Assembly (NCBI GenBank): GCA_041163625.1
Contig: JBEARB010000234.1
Span: 1-61,075, forward strand
Length of the DNA: 61,075 nt
Source: Pseudomonadota bacterium
GTDB taxonomy: Bacteria; Myxococcota_A; UBA9042
Direction of reading: 5' to 3'
Shown here piece after piece: positions 9,935 through 17,600 of this stretch. Made by a program: the position numbers and the translations under genes. The notes under the pieces were generated by a model that saw nothing but the letters and a program-made list of their open reading frames with translations, searched no databases and had not been told where the DNA came from. Position 1 is the first letter of the stretch, and the number at the start of each line of letters is the position of its first letter.

Positions 9935-11188
9935 CTACCGGTTGGCGAGCAGCGTCACGACCGCGGTCTTGTCGTCGCCGCCCATGTTGGCGCAGAGGCC
10001 GAGCTCGACCGAGCGCGAGATCTGGTAGTCGCCGCACAGGCCCTTCATCTGCCGATGCACCTCGAGCAGCTGCTTGACGCCCGTCGCGCCGACCGGGTGG
10101 CCGAAACCGACCAAGCCACCGCCGGTGTTGATCGGCAGCTCGCCGGAGATGGCGGTGCGGCCCGCGGCGACCTGCGCGGCGGCCTCGGCGGGGGCGGCGA
10201 AGCCGAGCGCTTCCATCATCAGCAGCTCGGTGACGGTGAAGCAGTCGTGGACCTCGGCGACGCCGACGGCCTCGGCGCTCGCGCCGGCCTCGGCGTAGGC
10301 GCGGGCGGCGGCGGCGGCGGTGGTCTCGAGGCGCAGCGGGTCGGCGTCGACGTAGAGGTTGCCGGTGGCGACGCCGATGCCGACGACCTCGCTGGTGTCG
10401 TGGACGCTGCGGCCGAGCTTGGCCAGGCCCGCCTCGCTGACCAACACGAGCGCGGCGGCGCCGTCGCTGACCTGGCTGCAATCGCTGACCTTGAGGTAGT
10501 CGCGCACGGCCTCGTTGGCGAGGAACTTCGGGTTGCGCGGCCCCTCACCGGCGGCGGTCTCGAAGTCCATCGTCACGGCCTTCATGTGCGCGAGCGGGTT
10601 CTTGTTGGCGTTGGCGTACGCCTTCACCGAGACGTGCGCGAGATCGGCCTCGCTCAGCCCGTAGGCCTCGTGCGCGGCGCGGGTGCGGCGAGCGAAGAGC
10701 GCGGGGAAGGTGAAATCGTCGATGCTGCGCTGGCGGGCGTAGTGCGAGGCGCGGGCGAGGTAGTCGCCGCCGGTGCGGGCGCTGGCGGTGGTCTGCACCT
10801 CGGCGCCGACCACGAGCACGATGTCGGCGCCGGCGCGGATCGCGTCGACGGCCGACGAGAAGGCGAGGCCGCCCGAGGCGCAGGCGCCCTCGACGCGCAT
10901 CACCGGCTTGTAGAGCAGATCCGGATGCGCGCCGACGACCGCGGCGCCGAGGTGGCCCTGGTTGCTGAAGAGCTCACCGACGAAGTTGCCGATCCACGCC
11001 TTCTCGATGGCGGCGGCCGGCACGTCGGTCGCGGCGAGCGCCTGCTGCACCGCTGCGGTGATCTGGTCCTCGAGCGTCGGGTTCTCGCGCTGGCCGAACT
11101 CCGGATGCCCCTTCCAGATGAAATCCGGATGGTTCTTGCCGATGAACGGGGTGATGGCCCCACCGAGGACGAACGCGCGACGGCTCAT
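9935..11188 (-). CDS. SCP2-type thiolase (acetyl-CoA acyltransferase)
   Basis: EGACASGG, EVHDCF, GHPVGATG, NMGG motifs; start MSRRAFVLGG with GGAG RBS. Confidence 0.9.
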   Translation of the reverse strand: MSRRAFVLGGAITPFIGKNHPDFIWKGHPEFGQRENPTLEDQITAAVQQALAATDVPAAAIEKAWIGNFVGELFSNQGHLGAAVVGAHPDLLYKPVMRVEGACASGGLAFSSAVDAIRAGADIVLVVGAEVQTTASARTGGDYLARASHYARQRSIDDFTFPALFARRTRAAHEAYGLSEADLAHVSVKAYANANKNPLAHMKAVTMDFETAAGEGPRNPKFLANEAVRDYLKVSDCSQVSDGAAALVLVSEAGLAKLGRSVHDTSEVVGIGVATGNLYVDADPLRLETTAAAAARAYAEAGASAEAVGVAEVHDCFTVTELLMMEALGFAAPAEAAAQVAAGRTAISGELPINTGGGLVGFGHPVGATGVKQLLEVHRQMKGLCGDYQISRSVELGLCANMGGDDKTAVVTLLANR

Positions 11189-11360
11189 GACGACTCCTGC
11201 TGGCGGGGCGCTCCCGCGAAGGCGGCGGAGGGTAGCGCCAACCGCCGCCAACACCAAGCGCCGTGGGCGCATCTGGCCGTCCCGACGGCGTTGCGCAACC
11301 GCGCGCGGCGCGCTTTCATCGCGGCAGCCCGGCCGTCGGGCGCTCGCCCGGAGGTCCGCC

Positions 11361-12074
11361 TTGGCCCACGATCTCGTCCTCTCCAGCGGCTTCCTCGCCT
11401 TTGCCCGCCACAACGGCGTGATCGCGGCCTTGCAGCAGGCCGGCGTCGCCATCGACGGCGTCTGCGGCACCTCCTCCGGTGCCGTCGTCGGCGCGCTCTT
11501 CGCCGCCGGCTACGACGCCGAGGCCATCGAGCGTGCGCTCTCGGACCGCCGGCCGTACTCGCTGATGCGCCCCTCGCCCACCCCCTGGCGCGGCCTGGCG
11601 CGGCTGGACGCCTTCGTCCGCCACCTCGAGAGCCTGCTGCCCGCGACCTTCGCCGATCTGCAGCGACCGCTCGCTCTGGGCGTCGTCGCGCCGGGCGGCC
11701 GGCATCTGCTGCTGACCGAGGGGCCCTTGGCGCCGGCTGTGGCGGCATCGTGCGCGATGCCCGGCGTGTTCGAGCCGATCGAGGTCGGCGGCACGACCTA
11801 CCGCGACGGCGGGGCCGCCGATCGCCTGGCGCTCGAGCCCTGGCGGCGCTGGCGCCCCGGAAAACAGGCCATCGCGCATCAGGTGCGGCGCACGGCCGGC
11901 AAGGACCAGCCGCTCGACCTCGAGGGCATCACACTGCTGCAGACCCCGCGCTCGGGCGCGAGCTTCTGGAGCCTGGGCGATTACCCTGCCCAGGTGCGCG
12001 AGACGGCCGCGCTCGTCCGCGATGCGCTCGATCCGCTGCAATCAACCGACAGAACCGGCACGATCGACCATTGA
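11361..12074 (+). CDS. Patatin-like phospholipase
   Basis: LVLSSG, GTSSG nucleophile elbow, ASCAMPG, DGG; GGAGG before a TTG start. Confidence 0.85.
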   Translation: MAHDLVLSSGFLAFARHNGVIAALQQAGVAIDGVCGTSSGAVVGALFAAGYDAEAIERALSDRRPYSLMRPSPTPWRGLARLDAFVRHLESLLPATFADLQRPLALGVVAPGGRHLLLTEGPLAPAVAASCAMPGVFEPIEVGGTTYRDGGAADRLALEPWRRWRPGKQAIAHQVRRTAGKDQPLDLEGITLLQTPRSGASFWSLGDYPAQVRETAALVRDALDPLQSTDRTGTIDH

Positions 12075-12145
12075 CGCCGACGCCGAACTCGTCAGGATCG
12101 TCCGGTCGTCACCCCTGGCGCCGAAGGCGCTCCGAGAGGCCCCGC

Positions 12146-12922
12146 ATGACGCTCGCAACCATCCGTCGCTTCGGCATTCCCGTCGTCTTCCTCGCGGGCC
12201 TCTCGCTCGCCGGCTGCGGCAGCAGCTCCGGCAGTGGCGGCGGCGCGACCGATTCCGGCGGCGGCGGCAGCGACGCCGCGGGCAGCGATGCCGTCGGCGG
12301 CGACACCAGCGCGACCGATACGAGCGCGGCCGACACCGCCACGACCGACACCGCCGCGGCCGATACCGGCGGCGACACGGGCGGCGACGCCGAGCCGGTC
12401 TGCACCTACCCCGACGAGGGTGTCTGCGACGGCACCAAGGTCAGCTGGTGCAGCGACGACGGCCCGCAGACCTACGATTGTGCCGACGATTCGGACGAGT
12501 TCGCAGTCACCTGCGGCAAGGTCAGCGATTCCTGGGGCTACGATTGCCTGGTGCCGACCGGCGAGGACTGCACCTTCCTCGACGCGGACGACGAGCTGAG
12601 TTGGAGCTTCTGCGCCGGTGGTGCCGGCGCGGCGTGCGCCTACGGCAAGGACATCGAACCCGCCTGCATCACCGGTGCGCCGACCTGCAGCGACGCCGAC
12701 ATCGGCACCTGCAAGGACGGCTTCGCCATCCTCGACTGCAGCGGCGAGCAGGCGTGGGTCCTGGACTGCAAGGCGATGGGCGCGACCTGCAAGGTCGGTA
12801 ACGACGGCCCGAGCTGCACCGACGTGCCCAAGGACGGCGCCTGCGACGACGAGTCGGCATTCTGCGCCACCGGCCTGACCTGCACCATTCCGACCGACGA
12901 ACTGCAGGGCACCTGCAAGTGA
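12146..12922 (+). CDS. Cys-rich lipoprotein with an Asp/Thr/Gly linker
   Basis: Lipobox LAGC, DT-rich linker, many Cys; only the 3' end of ORF 7685..12922 is real. Confidence 0.8.
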   Translation: MTLATIRRFGIPVVFLAGLSLAGCGSSSGSGGGATDSGGGGSDAAGSDAVGGDTSATDTSAADTATTDTAAADTGGDTGGDAEPVCTYPDEGVCDGTKVSWCSDDGPQTYDCADDSDEFAVTCGKVSDSWGYDCLVPTGEDCTFLDADDELSWSFCAGGAGAACAYGKDIEPACITGAPTCSDADIGTCKDGFAILDCSGEQAWVLDCKAMGATCKVGNDGPSCTDVPKDGACDDESAFCATGLTCTIPTDELQGTCK

Positions 12923-15900
12923 GGGGGCTCGCGACGCTGCTGGTCGCGCTGCTCGCGCCTTGTCTGCTCGGCGCCAAGGGCTGGGACGTCGAGGGCAGTT
13001 GGGGGCCACGCGACGACGTGACGATCGACGTCCGCGAGGGCACCTGGATGTCGGTGGACGTCCACCCCGCGGGCGATCGGATCGTCTTCGACCTCCTCGG
13101 AGACCTCTACGAATTGCCCATCGCCGGCGGCGAAGCGCGCAAGCTCACCGACGGTGCCGCCTGGGACATGGCTCCGCGCTACAGCCCCGACGGCAAGGGC
13201 TTGGCCTTCGTCAGCGACCGCGGCGGCGGCGACAACCTCTGGTGGATGCCGGCGGCGGCGGGAACGCCGGCGGCGTTGGCCAAGCAGGCGCGCGCGCTCT
13301 CGAAGGAGACCTTCCGCCTGCTCAGCAGCCCGGCATGGACGCCCGACGGCCGCTTCGTGGTCGGTCGAAAGCATTTCACCAGCCGACGCAGCCTCGGCTC
13401 GGGCGAGCTCTGGCTCTACCACGTCTCGGGCGGCACCGCGGGCGTGCAGGCCAACGTGAAGCCGAACGAGCAGAAGGACCTCGGCGAGCCGGCGTGCTCG
13501 CCCGACGGGCGCTGGATCTACTACTCGCGCGACGCCACGCCCGGCGGTGTCTTCGAGTACAACAAAGACCCCAACGGCGCGATCTACGCGATTTTCCGGC
13601 TCGACCGACGCGATGGCCGGGTCGAACGCCTGATCGGCGGGCCCGGCGGCGCGATCCGCCCCACGCCCTCGCCGGACGGGCGCAGCCTGGCCTGGATCCG
13701 TCGGCACCGCGGCAAGACCGAGCTGATGCTGCGCGACCTGCGCACCGGCGAAAACAGGCGCCTGGACGACGACCTCGACCGAGACCTGCAAGAGACCTGG
13801 GCCATCCACGGCGTCTATCCGCATTTCGCGTTCACGCCCGACAGCCGCGCGCTGATCTATTGGGCACGCGGCAAGATTTGGCGCCTCGCGCTGCCGAAAA
13901 CGGCGGCGGACAAGGTCGCGGCCCGCGTCGAGATCCCCTTCCACGTGCGTGACCGGCGCCGCGTCCATCGCGCGCTGCGGCAGCCGCACGCGGTGGCACC
14001 GGCGCGCTTCCCGATCACGATGGTGCGCCACCCGCGGATGCGCCCGGACGGCCGCGTCGTCGCCTTCGAAGCGATGGGGCGGCTCTGGCTGCACGACGTC
14101 GCCACCAACAAGCGCCGCGCCATCGGTCCGACCGGTGAGGGCGCCGGGCTGACGGCAATGCCGAGCTTTTCCGGCGACGGCCGCAGCCTCGCCTGGGTCA
14201 GCTGGAGCGACGCCGACGCCGGCCGCGTCTGGCTCGCCAAGGGCGACGGCAGCGGCGCCCGCGTCCGTATCGCCGAGCCGGGTCATCACGTCGAGCCCGC
14301 GCTCTCGCACGACGGCAAGACGTTGGTCTGGCGGCGCGGCACGGGCGGCTGGTTGCGCACCTCGGCGTACGGCGTCGACCCGGGCTTGTACGCAGCGAGC
14401 GCCGCCGGCGGGTCGGCGTACCGCTTCAGCCGGGACGGCGAGGCGCCGCACTTCGGTCCCGAACCCGATCGCGTCTATTTCATGCGCCACGGCGCCGCAC
14501 AGGCGCTCGAGCTCTGGAGCGTCGGCCTCGGCGACCGCAGCGAACGCCTGCACGCCCGCAGCGCGCTCGGGCAGGCGATGGCGATGGCCCCGGACGGCCG
14601 CCACATCGGCTGGCGGGAGGGCTACCACGCCTTCGTCACGCCTTATGCCCCGGCCGCCAAGCCGCTGCTGGTCGCTCCGGACGGCAAGGCGACACCGCAG
14701 CGCAAGGTCTCGACCGATGGCGCCGACTTCCTCGCGTTCGCCGGCCCCGGTCGGCTGACGTTCTCGACCGGACCGACACTCTTCGCGGTCGACCCTGCCG
14801 CGCCCGCCACGCCCACCGCCGTCGTGCTCGGCTGGGACGAACCCGCCGCCGTCGCCCGCGGCACGGCCGCCATCGTCGGCGCCCGCGTCGTCACGCTCCG
14901 CGCAGGCACCGTGCCGTCCGGCGAGGGCCCACCCGCCGACGCGAGCAATGGCCCGGTCGTCTCCGCCGCGACCGTCCTGCAGGACGCCACCGTGGTCTGG
15001 CGCGACGGTCGCATCGTCGCGGTCGGCCCGCGCGCGACGACGACGGTGCCCAAGGGCGCGACCATCCTCCGCGGCGAGGGCAAGACCGTGATCCCGGGCT
15101 TGGTCGACGTGCACGGCCACGGACCACAGGCGAGCGAGGGGCTACTGCCGGAGCAGAATTGGGCGATGGCGGCCACGTTGGCGTTCGGCGTGACCACCTT
15201 CCACGACCCATCGACCGATACCACGGCGTTTTTCGACGCGGCCCAGCGACAGCGCGTCGGTGCGCTGCGGGCACCGCGGATGTTCTCGACCGGCACCATC
15301 CTGTATGGCGCCAAGGCCCCGTATTTCGCGCCGGTCGAGCGTCGCGACGACGCCCTCGCGCACCTGCGACGCCTCCGGGCAGCCGGCGCCTTCACGGCCA
15401 AATCGTACAATCAACCGCGTCGGGCGCAGCGCCAGCAGATCCTGAGCGCTGCACGCGAGCTCGGCATGATGGTCGTGCCCGAAGGCGGCGCGCTCTTCCA
15501 CCACAACCTGACGCAGGTCATCGACGGCCACACGGGCGTCGAGCACGCCCTGCCCCTCGCCGCGGTCTACGCCGATGTTCACCAGCTGTGGGCGCGGACG
15601 CGTACGGGCCATACGCCGACCCTCGGTGTGGCGTACGGCGGGCTCGGCGCCGAAAATCATTGGTACGCCAAGACGCGGGTCGACCTCCACCCGCTCCTCG
15701 GCCGCTACGTGCCGACGTTCGCCATCGACCCACGCGCCCGGCGCCGCCAGGACGCGCCCGACGAGGAGTGGAACCACGTCGCGGCAGCCCGCATCGCGCG
15801 CGACCTGCTCCGGGCCGGGGGCATGGTGCAACTCGGCGCGCACGGCCAGCGTGAGGGACTCGCCGCCCATTGGGAGCTTTGGAGCTTCGTCCAGGGCGGG

Positions 15901-16215
15901 ATGACGCCAGTCGAGGCGCTGTACGTCGGCAGTCTCGGCGGCGCCCGCTATCTCGGTCTGGACGCCGACGTCGGCAGCATCGAGGTCGGAAAACTCGCCG
16001 ATTTCGCGATTGTCGACGGCGACCCGACGCGGGATATCCGCCAATCGGACCGCGTCGAGCAGGTCGTGCTCGGCGGCGAGGTGCTGCAGGCGGCGGACCT
16101 CGCGGCGAACTTCCCGCAACCGCGCGCGGGCGTGCGCTTCTGGCATCAGCAGGGGGATGCGGTCGGCGGACGCCAGCTCGAAGCGGGCTGCGCGTGCGGA
16201 CTCGGACGGCATTGA
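12919..16215 (+). CDS. Secreted TolB/PD40 beta-propeller + amidohydrolase fusion
   Basis: Signal peptide; repeated P-x-[FWY]-[ST]-P-D-G motifs; IPGLVDVHGH, GAHGQ, GSIEVGKLAD amidohydrolase motifs; GTGA overlap. Confidence 0.9.
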   Translation: MRGLATLLVALLAPCLLGAKGWDVEGSWGPRDDVTIDVREGTWMSVDVHPAGDRIVFDLLGDLYELPIAGGEARKLTDGAAWDMAPRYSPDGKGLAFVSDRGGGDNLWWMPAAAGTPAALAKQARALSKETFRLLSSPAWTPDGRFVVGRKHFTSRRSLGSGELWLYHVSGGTAGVQANVKPNEQKDLGEPACSPDGRWIYYSRDATPGGVFEYNKDPNGAIYAIFRLDRRDGRVERLIGGPGGAIRPTPSPDGRSLAWIRRHRGKTELMLRDLRTGENRRLDDDLDRDLQETWAIHGVYPHFAFTPDSRALIYWARGKIWRLALPKTAADKVAARVEIPFHVRDRRRVHRALRQPHAVAPARFPITMVRHPRMRPDGRVVAFEAMGRLWLHDVATNKRRAIGPTGEGAGLTAMPSFSGDGRSLAWVSWSDADAGRVWLAKGDGSGARVRIAEPGHHVEPALSHDGKTLVWRRGTGGWLRTSAYGVDPGLYAASAAGGSAYRFSRDGEAPHFGPEPDRVYFMRHGAAQALELWSVGLGDRSERLHARSALGQAMAMAPDGRHIGWREGYHAFVTPYAPAAKPLLVAPDGKATPQRKVSTDGADFLAFAGPGRLTFSTGPTLFAVDPAAPATPTAVVLGWDEPAAVARGTAAIVGARVVTLRAGTVPSGEGPPADASNGPVVSAATVLQDATVVWRDGRIVAVGPRATTTVPKGATILRGEGKTVIPGLVDVHGHGPQASEGLLPEQNWAMAATLAFGVTTFHDPSTDTTAFFDAAQRQRVGALRAPRMFSTGTILYGAKAPYFAPVERRDDALAHLRRLRAAGAFTAKSYNQPRRAQRQQILSAARELGMMVVPEGGALFHHNLTQVIDGHTGVEHALPLAAVYADVHQLWARTRTGHTPTLGVAYGGLGAENHWYAKTRVDLHPLLGRYVPTFAIDPRARRRQDAPDEEWNHVAAARIARDLLRAGGMVQLGAHGQREGLAAHWELWSFVQGGMTPVEALYVGSLGGARYLGLDADVGSIEVGKLADFAIVDGDPTRDIRQSDRVEQVVLGGEVLQAADLAANFPQPRAGVRFWHQQGDAVGGRQLEAGCACGLGRH

Positions 16216-16237
16216 GCGAGCTGCGCTCGCGGCGGGC

Positions 16238-17476
16238 TCAGCCCTTGCGCGCGGTCACCAGTTCTTCCGAGAGCGCGGTCACGCGGTGCGCCAGCGACTG
16301 CGAGAAGCTCCACAGCATCTTCACCGCGATCGCCTGATCCTTCTGGCCGAGGTCGTAGAAGCCTTCGCGCGAGATCCGGAACAGGCGGGTCGGCTCGCGT
16401 GCGACAACGGTCGCTGACCGCGCCGTGCCACTGACCAATGCGATCTCGCCGAAATGGCTGCCCGCTTGCAGCACGTTGACGCGTGCGCCGCCGACCAGGA
16501 CGTCCAAGCTACCCTCGACGACGAGATAGAAATCCTGGCCCTCGTCGCCCTGCGCGAAGATCTCGCGGCCTGCGTCGCAGACGACGTCGTGCACGTAGCG
16601 CAGCACCTTCATCCGCTCGTCGGCCGAGAGGTGCTGGCAGAAAGGCAGGCCATCGAGCAGGTCGAGCTTGGCGGTATGCTCGATGCCGGGTGCGAAGGTG
16701 ACCTGCGTGGTCGGGTCGCGGCCGGCCTCGAAGCGCACGACGACGGAAGAGACGTTGTCGCCGCCGCCATGATCGTTGGCCATGTCGACGAGCGCCTGTG
16801 CGGCCGGCTCGTGCCCTTCTTGCAGCGAGCGGACGATATCCACCTCTGCCACGAAGTCGGTCAGACCGTCGCTACAGAGCAAGAGCAGGTCGTCGTCGCG
16901 CAGATCGACGTAGAGCAAGTCGACCTGCGGCCGGCTGCGCTCACCGATGGCTCGTGAGAGCACGTTGCGGAAACGAAAGCTCTGCAACTCCTCGCGCTGG
17001 ACGCGCCCGGCCCGGATCAGCTCTTCGGCCAGCGTATGGTCGACGGTGAGCTGGTCCATGTGCCCGTCACGGACGAGATATAGACGGGAGTCGCCGATAT
17101 GCGCGACGTACGCGGCCTGCTGCGCAAGCGCCACGACCGTCAGCGTGCTCATCATCCCGCGCAGCGACTCGTCTTCGCGCGAGCGCCGGAATACTTCGTC
17201 GTTGGCGGCCTCGACCGCGGCCGTGAGGCGGTCGAAGACGGCGCGTCGCTCTGCGTCGCGACCGCTGCGGTCGGCCTTGGCGATCAACTCGGAGAGCTCG
17301 GCACCAGCGAGCCGAACCGCGTCGATCGCGATGCGGCTGGCGAGGTCCCCCGCCGCCTCGCCGCCGACGCCGTCGGCGAGCGCGTACAAGCCGCTAAGGT
17401 CATCGGCCCAGACGAGGTCTTCGTTGCGCGCCCGGACCAACCCGGGATCGGTCTTCGCGGTGCTCTTGCCAGGCAT
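16238..17476 (-). CDS. PP2C-family Ser/Thr phosphatase fused to a C-terminal cNMP-binding domain
   Basis: RARNED, ADGVGG, HIGDSRLY, CSDGL, GGDN; FGEIAL...RSATV phosphate-binding cassette. Confidence 0.92.
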   Translation of the reverse strand: MPGKSTAKTDPGLVRARNEDLVWADDLSGLYALADGVGGEAAGDLASRIAIDAVRLAGAELSELIAKADRSGRDAERRAVFDRLTAAVEAANDEVFRRSREDESLRGMMSTLTVVALAQQAAYVAHIGDSRLYLVRDGHMDQLTVDHTLAEELIRAGRVQREELQSFRFRNVLSRAIGERSRPQVDLLYVDLRDDDLLLLCSDGLTDFVAEVDIVRSLQEGHEPAAQALVDMANDHGGGDNVSSVVVRFEAGRDPTTQVTFAPGIEHTAKLDLLDGLPFCQHLSADERMKVLRYVHDVVCDAGREIFAQGDEGQDFYLVVEGSLDVLVGGARVNVLQAGSHFGEIALVSGTARSATVVAREPTRLFRISREGFYDLGQKDQAIAVKMLWSFSQSLAHRVTALSEELVTARKG

Positions 17477-17507
17477 GATCCCTCCCGTCTCGGGCGATGC
17501 TACGCCG

Positions 17508-17522
17508 ACGAAGGGTGTGCCA
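17508..17522 (-). promoter_or_regulatory. Possible sigma54-type promoter of the PP2C-cNMP gene
   Basis: Minus strand TGGCAC-N5-TCGT (consensus TGGCAC-N5-TTGC); -12 element imperfect. Confidence 0.25.
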
Positions 17523-17540
17523 GCAACCGGCCCGAACGCA

Positions 17541-17580
17541 GCGCGGCCGCGGTACGCCGGAAGACGTAGCGCGGCCGCGC
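17541..17580 (-). terminator. GC-rich hairpin downstream of the 17601-20066 gene
   Basis: GCGCGGCCGCG ... CGCGGCCGCGC inverted repeat 20 nt after the stop; no U-tract. Confidence 0.35.
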
Positions 17581-17600
17581 GTCGCTTACTCCGAGGTCGC

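Noticed and set aside
7685-12145. 1745-aa ORF 7685..12922 as one giant protein
   Set aside because: It is mostly the antisense shadow of the queD-like and thiolase genes; only 12146-12922 has a start, lipobox and coding composition
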